NCBI GenBank assembly: GCA_035084275.1
Contig: CM068755.1
Coordinates: 12,524,001-12,588,000, forward strand
Direction of reading: 5' to 3'
From: Hydrolagus colliei
Lineage: Eukaryota
DNA: 64,000 bases
The position numbers were made by a program, and so were the translations under genes. Within the stretch, counting starts at the first letter, position 1. Each line of letters opens with the position of its first letter. Positions 38,595-51,602 of this stretch are shown here, piece by piece. The notes under the pieces were generated by a model that had not been told where the DNA came from, searched no databases, and saw only the letters and a program-made list of their open reading frames with translations.

Positions 38595-38660
38595 AACAAC
38601 AACAATAACAACTTCAATTTATATAGCGCCCTCCACCCCGGACGGCGTCTCAGAGAGCTT
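38595..38660 (-). mobile_element. Young, extremely 5'-truncated L2-type 3' end (same subfamily as 36890)
   Basis: The reverse complement reads AAGCTCTCTGAGACGCCGTCCGGGGTGGAGGGCGCTATATAAATTGAAGTTGTTATTGTTGTTGTT. Confidence 0.85.
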
Positions 38661-39817
38661 CTTTTAAACATGATATTATAAGTGGTATTTTAAGACCGTT
38701 TCTTTTTACAAATACTGCATACGGAGAGGGCCAATTAGGACTAAATACACATGGTCAAAAAAGTTACTGAGTAGCTCTAAATGACTTTTCATTTGGTCCT
38801 GAACTCATGTATTGAGTGAAGATCAAGGCTTATGCCAGTTCCTTGCCACTCATGACTGTGTTTAAGTTCCAGGGTCACCAGCAGATGCTTGTGTGGTAAT
38901 CTGTTTAAACTTTTACACAGTTCAAGTGCTGGACCACAAACAAACAGTGTTACATTTCATTTAAATCCTCAACTTCTACCTAACTAACCTGAGATATAAA
39001 TTATTTTGCATTTTGTTTACACATTGTATTGTTCATTGTTAACATTATTGATAAGGTAATCATTCCAACAATTATGAATTACCACTTAGTGGTTTGTGCC
39101 TCATGTTATATGGTTGAGAGTTGAGCCATTCTGGCTTGGGAGGAACTCTGCTGCATTTTACTAGTCCAGTTAGTTTTGTCAGCTGAGTTTAGGACATCTC
39201 TGCCTGCAATCACTGCATACCTGAATGTTTCCTCAGAAATAGTTCAGCACCGAATAGATCCGCACACATTTCCATCCTTTAGGAGAATTGTCCTAAATTG
39301 AGAATTATCATTGTCCTGAAAAGAATGATGGGTAGAGTATGTCTGCAATGATTTCAACCCAGAACATTTTCCCCAAGAGTCAACAAACTGAGCATTGCAG
39401 GAATTTCTGTGGTCATACAGTAACTTCTCGCAGTAAGTGCATTCCACGTGCAAATACAAAACAAATCTGTAACGGTAAGTGACCTGACAATTGACCTATG
39501 CATTTCATTCAAGTTGAAGTTCTCCTTAAATCATAATCACACGTATGTCTATGAGCATCAGCATTGGGCTATGCCCCACGCATTCTTAACAACCAGTGTC
39601 TTTTGGGAGTCGGAAGTTACCCAACTACATTCGCCGAATGTTGCATTCCTATTAAGCACTGCCACACAGCCTTGCACAAGCCTATTAGAAGACCTGTGTA
39701 GCGCATTGCCCCACCCAGAGTTTGAACTGCAGACCGTATGTACATTCTTTGCAATGGTTCACATAAGTAAAGTGCACATCACATACAATTACATTGAATG
39801 TTACAATGCACAAAAAA

Positions 39818-40015
39818 AAGCCATTCAACTCCATTATTCTACGTCTCCATCTTCTTAATCCCCTCTCCTACACCCATTTATTCTCTTCTGCCTCACGTAT
39901 GCAGTAAGTTTCATATTAATTCAGTTTTGAAGCTTTTCACTTCAACCACAGAGTCTGGTGGAGTGTTCCACGTTCTCACCACCTTCTGCAAAAGGTAGTT
40001 CTTCCTAAATTCCTT
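39818..40015 (-). mobile_element. CR1-clade LINE 3' end
   Basis: Minus-strand translation FRKNYLLQKVVRTWNTPPDSVVEVKSFKTEL is the CR1 ORF2 C-terminus; it ends in GAGTTGAATGGCT. Confidence 0.8.
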
Positions 40016-40080
40016 TTAAGATCCCATCAAAGTGATGTTTTTAAACTAACTCAAGGAGAAATGAATCCATCCTTTAACCA

Positions 40081-40226
40081 TGGTCACTCACACATAGTTG
40101 TGCACAAATTGTCTGTTATAATGGGCACAAAATACACAGACTCTATACTTTTGAGTAAATTATGTAAAGCATTTGTAAAGAAACGTAAAAGGCACTATAT
40201 CAAATACAAGGATTATTATTATTATA
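40081..40226 (+). mobile_element. SINE 3' half
   Basis: TGTGCACAAATTG...TGTAAAGCATTTG...AAAAGGCACTATATCAAATACAAGGATTATTATTATTA. Confidence 0.8.
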
Positions 40227-41417
40227 CTTATTTTTAATTGGCACAAATATCAGCTACAATATTTAAAGATATCTGAAAGAAAGAGCCTCTATGTTTTGCT
40301 GGTAAGCTTCAATTAAGCCCAGCATGTATTTTTTGCAAAGAATAATAAGCACTATGAGCCCAGTTACCTGAGAAACTAAATAAAATGCAAGGCCATTAAC
40401 AAAACCAATCAAGAATGTATTAGTAAAGCTGGTTAGTGATTGTTTCAGTGATGAATCAGCTAGTAAATATTGGTCAGGAAAAAAATTGATCAGAAAATGT
40501 AATGATCTCTGCAGGTTTAGTATAACCCCAAAGGAGCTTAGTTTGCACTAAGCAAGAGTTCGAACTCATGGATCTTGTACACTAAGGTTTCTTGTTATTT
40601 CCAATGACCACAGAATGAATGTCAGTGTTCCATGGGTTGAGCAAGAAAGGGAGAAGTGAGCACAAACATGACAACAAAAGAGCAAAAAATCCCACCTCAG
40701 CCCAAATCATTCATAATAAAACGTTTGATATTAGTGCTGACCTTCCAGTGCACACATCTTGTGCTGGGAAGATCCTGCCAAAGAAAATCTGGACTTCCTG
40801 AAGGGGTGTCATTTTCAGTAAAGAAAAATCAAGCAGAGTCAGTGGGTGGGGGGGCGGGAGGGAGTGGAAAGTAGGAGTCATCAAAGGACAGGAAGAGCAA
40901 CTCTTGTCTTTCTCAAGTGCTGATTCATAAAATCAACAAGCGTTTGTTTTAATAACTGGAGGTTCAGACTTCACTTTGGGGAATGCATGAAACTCTCCTC
41001 CAGATATCTGTGCATGTTCTCACATTAATTTTCTGTTTAAACTTTGTTTCCGATAGCAATCTCCCCCAAAACTCACTTTGACATTGTATTTACCAGAATA
41101 GTGAATCAAAGAATGTCAATTTCACTGAAGCAAATCATTCTGGAAATTTTAGACTGATGCAAATGAATGCTTGAATGCTTGAGATTGTCAGTGAAATGCA
41201 TTGTATTGAGATTGAAACACGAATACACATGCTAGGATTTTACTTTTTGTAGTTTGTCTTGAGTTTGTTTTCCTCCTTTCTATTGTGATCTAATTGAAGG
41301 CGATGCTCATTTCACCTTTACAATGATAGTCTTCTTACAGGCTGACAAACTGGTCAAAGGATAAGCAAAATTTAGGCTGCAATTTATTACATAGCAATCA
41401 TATTGCCATATGTATTA

Positions 41418-41730
41418 AGGCTGATTATCCAATACAAAGCTGGGGGTACTCCATGCTGTCAGAGGTGCCATCCTTCAGATGAGGCGTTAAACCAAGGACT
41501 AGTTAAAGATCCTATGGCTACTAGAAAAAAGATGGGTGGTTTCCTGGAATTCAAGCCAACAATTTGTACCCCCAAATTTAAATAGTCACATGCTTCATGG
41601 TGGTTTGTGGGCCATTGGTGACTACAAGTTTACTGCAACATTTGCCGACAAATTCAGATGCTTCACTTTAAAAAAAAACTATGAGACTTTTTACGATGAT
41701 ATAACAATACAAGGATAATGATATTGCATT
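41418..41730 (+). mobile_element. DeuSINE (SacSINE1-like), headless
   Basis: Deu domain GCTGTCAGAGGTGCCATCCTTCAGATGAGGCGTTAAACCAAGG...GTTAAAGATCCTATGGC, then a decayed 3' part ending AATACAAGGATAATGATATT. Confidence 0.8.
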
Positions 41731-44003
41731 ATACTATTACTAGCATGAAGTGAGCAATGTTTTGCAATACATTTCTATAGTGATTTTTAAAATGGCAAAT
41801 GTCACTGTGCTGTTCCTACTCCTCCATATTCCTCCACATTTTACAAAAAATATCAACCCTAACATTGCGTCTTTTTGTCAAGCCAGACTTTATTTCAACT
41901 TGTTGAAACAGCAGTGAGAGATGGTTGGAGAAACAGATGCTCTTCCAGACACAGAAGAAAACTGACTGCTGGGATAACTACTTTGTAATCCAATAACATT
42001 AAACTAAAATTGATTAAACACAAAGGTGAAAATCAATCAGATTTCCACAACTTCTCACACTGTTCAGACCAGTTAATGTAGATGAATCATTGCTTCTTAT
42101 GGGTTGATTTTATCCAATCAATTATTTTTAATACGTCTTTTGGTATTGGAAGGTTTATTTTTCCTTCTAAAGATGGCCGGGGCCTTGGGACCAATTTAGC
42201 TCCTGCTAACCTCAGCCAAAAAACACAAAGTGCAGTAAAGTATAAACACACAACGCTATCTCTGACCCTCTGCTGTGTGTGTGCTGAGGTAGTGTTGTTG
42301 GTTTATCTGGGAGAAAATAGACCAGGCTTTTTTAAAAAGTGAAATGGGATTACTGCTATTGTCTGCCATACAATGCTGAGAGGAATTAGCAATAGTTGTA
42401 GGCACTTAGTGAAGCTCTCAGGCAGAAGCTTATCCCAGATTTTGGACAATAAACATTTGAATATCAACAGTGTTTTGCAACTCCAACGCAAATGTGTAAA
42501 CTTCTTGCCTTTTAAACCAAAATCCCTTCAAATGGTTAGTACACCTCTAGACAAACAATCCAGCATTCTTTTAGAAACAGTAGAACCCAATACATCCAAT
42601 GTTGTAGTATTGTTCGCTAGAGCAAAATAACGACAAGTTTTAAATCCTAAAACACAAAAAGAAAGACTTTAAAAGTTCCTGCGTAAGAATTGGGGACTGG
42701 CAACCGGCAAGAATACATCACTTTCCCTCCTGAACTAAAACACTTCAGATGAGGATTAGTTTTTACTTGAACAATTTTACCTTCAGATTGCCAAAGCTGT
42801 GCAGTTGTGCACAGCAGGCCTCAACCATTTCCCCAAATTGAAACATAACCTTCATGTCCAATGTTTAGGTTATGTTAAAGAAACACTCATTGAATTTGAT
42901 ACAATGATCCTGGAGATGAAGTTATCTGTAATGGTGAATGGGACGGTGTCAGTGGGAGGGGAGAAACTGGGACAGAAAGAATGCTTTTTTCTGAAATCCT
43001 GAAGGTCACAGTCCAGCTGCTCTGTGAGGCAAAAGGGGACATCGCTGCACTGGACAGGCAGAAGAAAGAAAGCCAGCACTGTAAAAAGGGAGCATATAGC
43101 TCATTCCTCAGGCCTCACCAGCAGCTATGGTACTTTTGTCATTTCAAAGCGTCACTAAAATATGGAATGGTGCAAATATGAACATAAGAATTCCTTCAAA
43201 ATGTCCTGAAAAGATTGAGAAATAAGATGCCTCCAAGCCACAAAGTGTCAAAGGTAGGAAACAAAAACCTCGCTAAACCTAGCCCTTCTGCTAATTGTTT
43301 ATTTCAAAAGCGTTAGGCTTTGTTGTGATTTTGCAAAAAAAAAATTACTAAAGCTGAATACAATACATTCTCATTTTTTTTTACCAGCAACTGAGTCATC
43401 CTTTAATGTTGCAGTCACCTCCCAGAGCTGAACTGGAGATGTGTGCAGCAGAGCACTCTGCCAACAGTATCACTGATTCCCTGCAATTGATAACGGCATC
43501 TCTACTGATTTGACAGGCATCAGACACAAGGGCTTCAGACGCACTGAGGGTTTAATATATTTTTTCATGTCAGTGCCTGTTTACATAGAGCAGGTCAACA
43601 AAAGGACTGCTCCTATCTCACAGAATATGTGATTAATGTTTGAACTGAGCCTGACAATATATTCCTTGGATGTCAGGGAAATGCTCCTCAAACTGATATT
43701 TAATCTGTTTCAAACTGCTGAGTCTTTTGTTTCTTATTATTTTTAAAATACTTTGATCGGATGATGTTGGCTGAAAATAAAGGCTATTGTGACACTTACT
43801 AAGAGAACCACTTTTTTTCTCTCAGTATTTAACTGCAAAAAAACTAAATCTTCTTTTCTCAACTTCTTCAGAAGTTATTGTGCTACTTCAAGTTCTTTGG
43901 GTTGGTAATAGTTTTATGATTATTCTAAATCATTGTGCTTTATATTTTTAATAAAGCACAGTACTACATTTTATTATGCCTGTTTAAGGTTACAGCAAAA
44001 ACT

Positions 44004-44060
44004 ACTGACTAACCTGCTGAGTGTTACCAGTGACTTCTATATTCAGAAATGTATTGCCTT
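44004..44060 (+). mobile_element. Short remnant of the Penelope-type terminal repeat
   Basis: ACCTGCTGAGTGTTACCAGTGACTTCTAT matches 31120-31145 and the reverse complement of 62410-62440. Confidence 0.45.
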
Positions 44061-46550
44061 TATCTGAACAAATCAATAGATTATTATAAATACAAACTGG
44101 AAACAAGCCACCAAATTTACCAAACAAATGATTTCTATCTCCAGAAGAGCAAATTTAAGTAACTGTTTTAAACAATTCAGTCAAGACATTTTGAATCAAT
44201 TAATATAAATAATTATCAGCACAAAGTGGCTTAATTTGTTAGTACAATAGCATGGCTATGAAAGTACCGAATGCTTAAATATTATACTGTCTCTTGAAAG
44301 AGTATGTGTAAATAATATTTTTAATTGTTGTTTAAATGTTATCTTTCTTTCACTTTTAAGTTTTCTGATCTAAGAAGAATGTCAGTTTTATTCATAGAAG
44401 TGATGAACTAATGTGCATTATATAACCTAATTAGTATATCATACAATATGTATCATCTATGAAAGACAGTTTTAAAACTGACTTTTCATTTGGAAATATT
44501 CTAGAATACACCCCCTACCTTTATTGTAATGCTCTTTGTGGTAGTTATTCAAATGTTTGAAATATTTGAGATGTATTCACTATTAATAGCAAAACTATAA
44601 AATTGTGCTATCAGGGAATTGTACAAAGAAAATCTACACCACTATATGAAGTGAAATGAGTTGTAACCAGAAAATTGCCATTTGAAAGAGGTCAAACTAA
44701 AGCAAAGTAATACAGTACTTTACTTACAACATCAGTAATTATAAAGACATCGACTAAATTGCATAAACATATTTAATTTGTTTAAAATATTCATGATTAC
44801 CAAATCTTAGGTAACAAGGTTTATGCTAATAGGAATGTATTATAATGATTAATATATGATTAATAAAACTCTTTGATCACTGCTTCCCTCCAAAGCTTAT
44901 AGAAATATGATTTGCTTTATTTTTAAACAATACAAATTATAATATATTACAGACATGTGATTTTCTTATCAGATAGAAACAGCTACGATATATATACTAA
45001 ATTAGCATTGAGTACATCATATAGTATTTTGCCTATAAACAGATAAACATGTTCACTGGCTTCAATACGTAGTTCTATTTAACAATACATGTGTTCAATT
45101 GGTGAAAATGTAAAAAATAATCAATTGCGCAAACCTGATAATTCTACTTTGAACCACAGAATTTTGACACAAGATCTAATAAAAGTAATCATCGTTTGCC
45201 TAACGTGCAAATGGACCAACTGTCAGGTTTCTGCTTTGCCCACTGTTTTGTACAAGGAAATGAAGAAAATCTATTGTAGAATAAATGGTGAACGTGCATT
45301 GATAACTCAATAACATATTCCATCAGGACCCATTATTATTTAAACAATGTTTGCGGGCCTTTTGAAAGGTCTTCTTCTGCATTCTAATGATAGCTATTGA
45401 TAAGGTTGTTTATATTAGAATTACCATAGTTATTGATTAATAGCGACTTTTTAGTCAAAAAATATTTATTGCATAGATTTCAAACTCTGATCAGTGCCAT
45501 TTCTGTTTATTATTTTTGATTGTTTAAAATAAGAAATTAGTCAACCATAGTTACCTTATTAACCACCAAAGAAGTATTTTCTTGACAGATTTTATACAAG
45601 TTCATAATTAGTTCAATACAGAGTCAACCAGTGTTTGTATGCAATGCAGAGGAAACAGTAATATTATAAAATAATTTATTAAAAATGATATAGAAATATT
45701 ATGCTTTAAAGTTGCTTATATGCTTTGCTGTATAAAAATGCCCATCTGTAGTGATGGTAATGATGTACCCATGAGATGTGATCATGTTTCCACTCTATTC
45801 ATTATATCTTGACAAGAGTGACATTGGCTGATTTGCACACATGCAGCAGCCCTGCTTTTTATATCCAGCCTTCTAATAACATGATAGTATAATATGAATT
45901 AAACTGTGGCTGTGAAATTATGTAAAAACATTACGACAACCAAACAAGATAAAATAAGCAACAATTGTGCTGCAGAATACCAACATACTATAAATTAATA
46001 TGAAAGTGATGGGTCTCCAACAAGCATTCATTTCTGCTTCATATAGTACTTTTAAACTTCAGTTTTTCATGTGTTGAATCAATTATGTGGATATAGTATA
46101 TCAATATTAAAGTTATAATACATTTTCATTTCAGAAAATATATCCAGTTTATTAATACAGTAGCTGAATGTGTGCAGGCATTAGATATATTACATGTTTA
46201 TTTTTATAAAGTATAGCAATTCTATTTGTAAAAACATCCCTAAAAATCATTACTTTTAATTCTGCATAAGCATTCAATGCTTCATAAAATCGTAATTTTA
46301 TACACAGCATCTATATTGCTTCAAACGTATATTTCAAAGAAAGGATCATCCTTTCATTTGAAGCATATTATTGTGACTGATGTAATCTAGAAAAATTATA
46401 ATTAAAACTTTATTTTATTATTCTCAGTATGAAACACATTTAAGTACAGAAAAACACTTGTAATTTTGCATAATTTTGTATTATCTTAGATCATATGAAG
46501 AGGTCAAAAGTTTCACACCATTCAGAGAATACAGTAGCAATTATTAGGAT

Positions 46551-46592
46551 TCTTTATTCTCATCTCTTCACTCTTTATTCTCATCTCTTCAC
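46551..46592 (+). repeat. Perfect 21-bp tandem duplication
   Basis: TCTTTATTCTCATCTCTTCAC x2. Confidence 0.97.
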
Positions 46593-49500
46593 AAGGTTCA
46601 GTGTAACTAGTTCACTTTTATTCATATAGTATAGGTTCCAAAATTCCTCTCTAATTGCATATAACTCAGGATATTAAATATTCTGAAACACGGGTAGGTC
46701 TCCTTTAAGAATATTTGCACTAAATGAATACTCAAGTTGAACAAAGTTTCAGAAGTACTGAAAATTCAAATTTCTTTAGAAATAATTAAACAAAATCAGC
46801 AGTGCTTTGGTCCGCATCAGTCTTGTATTGTTCAATCTCTATCCAACAATGAATATGTACTCAGTATAGACTCAGCAACGTTTGATAGTTATGAAGCCTT
46901 TACAAAATGTGCTGCATTTCAGATTGAAACAGCCAATATTCAAAATCAGTTTTATTTAACAAAAGTGCACTGTGTACAATATCCCCACTCAAATGTGATC
47001 AATTTGAGCAACATCCTTTGTCACCGAAGATTTTTTAATGTAAAATGATTGTTTGGGGGGTGGGGGTTGGCGAGGAATTAAATCCTCCAGCTCTGCTGAG
47101 GTTACAATGGGCAGCGTTTATTAGTTTCCCCATAAAATCTTTTTGTGGCTGAATGTTGCATTATATTTGTAATGAATAGAAATTAAATAATTAAAACTGT
47201 TAATTTTCCCCTCAGAATGGCGTCATAATTCAAATTACGTTATCAGAATTATTGGAAAAACAGCGTAGAACAGATTGCACAGAATGGAGTTTACATTTTT
47301 GATTAATATAATGTAACTAAAAGCAGCAAGCCCTTTTTTCAATATTATACAAACAAATTGCTTATCATTATGTTCTGCACATCAATTCTAAAAGTAATTA
47401 ATTTGTGGATAAATTTAACATTAACTATGCAGAACCTTTGATGTCATGTCACTGAAAGATTGTTATAGCCAACTTTCATTGAAGCATTTTATCAACAACT
47501 TCCTCCAGTCCAACAGATAGAGGTTTTAAACTCTTTATGCAATGGGCACAAAAAGGCAGTAAAACCACCACCAAAGAGAATAAAAGAGAATCATTTTGAC
47601 AACTGCATTCTGAAATGATATTAAACTGAAATTAGGTGCATTTTGAAACCATATTTAATGCAAAATATGTAAGCCATTTATAGCTACTTTGGTAAATTTT
47701 GTGCTGGTTGCATTTGGCACTGTCTATGTGAATGGGTTAAAATATAGTGATTGTAAATGGATTTCATTTCAAGGCAAGGAGGAAAACAAACCCTCATTCA
47801 TGTGCGCTCTTTGACTTGTGCTGTAAAGAATATACAAATGGGAATAAATTAATTCATTTTCCAAATTGACGAAGAATTGACAATCTGACTGCCTTCCCCA
47901 AAGATTTAATAGATTTTAGTATTCAAAATTATGTAACTGAAGAAAATACTACAGAAAAAATATTTATTTTAAAAATAATTCCCATGCACAATGGATGAAT
48001 TTGATAAACTGCAGCGAGATACGTTTTGAGGAAACTCGTTTCTTGAACTGAAAGAGTTAATCATGCCAATAATCAAAAGTTGTTGAAACTATAAGAGAGA
48101 AATTTATCTTGGGACTACGTTTATTCTGTTCACACACCATTTTATTACATACATCATCTGACAAACTGTTGAAATTCATTTTAACCTTGTTGGTTTTCTG
48201 TCTCTTCTCAAAATAACTTACACAAAACCAGTTTCAAAATGCAGGCTGTGTTTAAGAATTCGCCAAATTCTGGAACCTCTGAAATGTCACATAGAGTACA
48301 TGTAGACCCAGCTGGCATCTTTCTCTCCAAAAATATTTCATTAATATTTCCAGTTTCTGGAATTGTTGTAATTTAATTTGGGAAGGAAGATGATTCTCCC
48401 CCCCCCACCCCCATTTCCTCCCCACCCCCTCACTCCCGCCTCTCGATGACCATATATTTTTTTTCTACCAGAAACAATAGAGTTTACAGACAAATTACAT
48501 GATGTCAGTTTGCCTGCAACGTGCCTGCCTTCTTCTGAGGCAATTGCATTGAGTTGTGGAGTGCAGTTAGTGGATAGAAGCTGAAGTCGAATATGATCTG
48601 ATGAGCAGGTTAAGCTGCATATCTCTCTTGCCTGACAAAATTAAAAGCCTTGCTGCAATTTTTGTCCTAATCACATACGTGATGCCATAATTGGTGATTG
48701 CCTTTTAAAAAAAAATCTACAGCTGCTGCTCAGAGTTCTGTCTGTCAGTGAGCAGCAGGCCATTTTATTTGATTATTTTGAAAGGGAGTTCATGTTGGAC
48801 AGCTGCATTCTGTTCCCTTCAACCCCTGTCACAAATGTTCTGCATAAATGTAAGTGATATGATGACTGGACATGGTGTCTCTTATAATCATCGGTAATGA
48901 TTATCTGGTTTTTGTGTAATGTGACACATGTGCAGTGAATGAGGCACAGACAACATCTGGCATGGACTCAGCAATCTGAGGGTTGGACTAATTTGAATAT
49001 GCATTGGGATTTGTTATTCTGCCTGCCTAATGCCAGCCTGCCAGAGCCACAGCACAGCCCTGTTTGCTAAAAGCAAATATGAAACAGGTTCACAAAGCTC
49101 CCATAAAGCTTCTTATGCATTTTACCCGTCATTCCTGGCCTTAATTCCAAACATATTGCTTATTTTCTGTTTCTACGCTCAAAGTAATGTCTTTCATTGA
49201 CCAATCATCACCACATACACCATGCCCTCTGACATTTGCCAAGCTGTTGCTCTGACCTGTACGAGCAGGCAGCAGGGTGTCCCTACTATCTGCTCTTCCA
49301 AAGTCCAATGTGTTAGCTACCTGCAGCATCCTTCCTTGGCAGTGAAAAGTTAGCAGATGTTATTTTTTAATTCTGTTCCACAGTGATGTAAAGGCTACTT
49401 TAATCTTACTTATTACATTATCCATTGGATTTATAATAATTGGAACAAACCTTTGACCTTAAGGTGTTACAGTCATATATACCGTAGGCATTACTACTGG

Positions 49501-50560
49501 CTAAGCTTTTCACTAGGCCCAGGTGGCATTGCTGACTGTAATGTGGCTTGGGTACAAAACTAAGCAGCTCCGAAAATGCAAGGCTTACAAACAAGACATA
49601 TGTGCCAGTGACTTGTAAATGTTATGAGGGGATGAAGCGGAGGGTGGTTAAGGGATAGAAAGGATTAAAGATAAGTCAAATATGAGGAAGGGGAAAGAGA
49701 AAGAAATATATCTCAGACAGAGTTAAGGAATAAGATGAAATAGTCCATGTATGCGTTATTTATTTATTTATCTTGTGGTGCTGCCGTGAACAATGTTGAT
49801 CTGGTCTGACACATATTAAACTGAGATGGTGAAAAATATATAGAAAAGCAAATTTACTCCAATTTTGATCTAAAGAATATGAACTTCGATTGATCGGCAT
49901 CTCCTTATTTGCTCTACATTTGTGGCAAGAGATTTCTTATCAGTAACGTAAGAGTCACTGGATAAAACTGTGTCTTCAAATTAAATGAAGACGTGGGGAT
50001 GGGAAAAAGAGGAAGAACACAGCTTTTAGCAATAAAGGCCTCAAACATAACTGAAACAAGGAACAGAGGTAATTTTAAGGGAATAAGTTATGTAAAAATA
50101 AAAATTAAAAATGGCGCTGTGCAAGGACAGATCTCTGAACTCTCAACTCTCAGTAACACTGATGCATAAATGTCACTCTGTATAAGAGTAATGAGGTTTT
50201 TGGTGTTTTAGCATTGAAGTGGACATGTCACACCATTATATTGTTAATGACTGGATTGTTAGTAACAAATGTAGATCCTGTCATATGTATATACTGTGTA
50301 TATATTTAACATAAATGTTTTACATTTTTTGAAGAAAAATTGAAATTTCTGACCGTTCATTGTTTACTGATTGTTTTAGTGTTTGGGGGTGGGGGGAATG
50401 GAGAGTGCATCGCTGAATTGATGAAGCTTAAGAGTATTGTCTTACACATTAGCCCAATTCAGTGACTCTGGGATAGGGATGGAGGTAGTTGCCCCCAATG
50501 CCTGGTGGCTTTTGCACTTAGTATTCACTCATTGTGGCTGTCTCAAACAGGATTCTGTAA

Positions 50561-50810
50561 AACAATAATAATAATCCTTGCATTTGATACAACACTTTTC
50601 ATGTCTTCTAAATGTCTCAAAGCGCTTCACGGAATATAATGTGAAATGAATTGACTGTATATATGTATATATGTGGGTGAAATGCACAGCAATGTCCCAC
50701 AAACAGTCGTGGATTGAGGCACCAAATTATTATTGTGTTTTTTGAGGGATTATTATCAGGCGTGTGGAGTAAGGAAACTTACCCAAGGTTTCCCCCTGTC
50801 TGGAATCAAC
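50561..50810 (-). mobile_element. tRNA-derived SINE (same family as 16868-17168)
   Basis: The reverse complement GGGGAAACCTTGGGTAAGTTTCCTTACTCCACACGCCTGATAATAATCCCTC...GTGAAGCGCTTTGAGACATTTAGAAGACATGAAAAGTGTTGTATCAAATGCAAGGATTATTATTATTG is colinear with the 16.9 kb copy. Confidence 0.92.
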
Positions 50811-50940
50811 AACAAGTTGCACTTAGGTAGCCTCCCTCCATGCAGGGTAGTGTCTTAACAGTGTGGAGTTTGACACCGAACCTGTGGGGGTGGGGGGGTA
50901 GCCATCAGCACAGTCGAAGAGGAAAATCTTCAGGTGAGAG

Positions 50941-51602
50941 ATCAATACTGCACATCATCCTGATACTCAATCCCTCTGTTATCCAGCAGGAATCCAATCA
51001 AAACTTGCTAGGTAGGCAAAGATAAGAGGACTAGTCTGGCTTAAGCAGCTAAAACAAGATTTTCAGTTTGCTCTCCAGCAGTTGAGAAAGCACAGTACTT
51101 TTGCCAGTTTTCCTGATAATGACTATCATTTTTGTTTCCCCCGTTTGTGATCTTTAAGAGACACAGCCTGAAATAAAGATATCTTTCATGCCTTGGTTCA
51201 TACTTATTTGTTTAGTGAAAACAAATCCTACATTTACGTTGTATGGTAGTTATACCTTTGCTTGTGAATTGACACAATTTTGGCAACGATTTGGCACCCA
51301 ATGTGCAGCACCACTGTGGATTAAGACGACAAGACAAATCATGTTGACTTCTGCTCCTTGGCGTGCTTCTTGGTGATGGTGGACAATGCTTCCATTCTCC
51401 AGCCTTGTGTCTGTCTAAATATCAAATGGCAGCACATTTCTGATTAATTTGCAATTTCTCAACTGCTGCAGAGCAACTGAAAATCATGTTTTAGATGCTT
51501 AAGCCAGACTAGTCCTCTTATCTTTGTCTACCTAGCAAGTTTTGAGTGGATTCCTACTGGATAATAGAGGGATTGAGTATCAGGATGATGTGCAGTATTG
51601 AT
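50941..51602. repeat. Long inverted repeat (arms 50941-51089 and 51455-51602; ~365 bp spacer); candidate non-autonomous DNA transposon/foldback
   Basis: Base-by-base comparison gives 7 substitutions and 1 indel over 149 bp. The 8-mer CTTCAGGT flanks both sides (50928-50935 and 51611-51618). Confidence 0.95.

Noticed and set aside
42285-42306. A bona fide let-7 or miR-196 gene
   Set aside because: It needs gaps to align to the known mature sequences and sits on the wrong arm. Kept only as an unverified hairpin finding.
48598-48622. Hammerhead-like CTGATGA followed by a perfect GCAG/CTGC stem
   Set aside because: The essential GAAA box after the stem is missing (ATAT instead).
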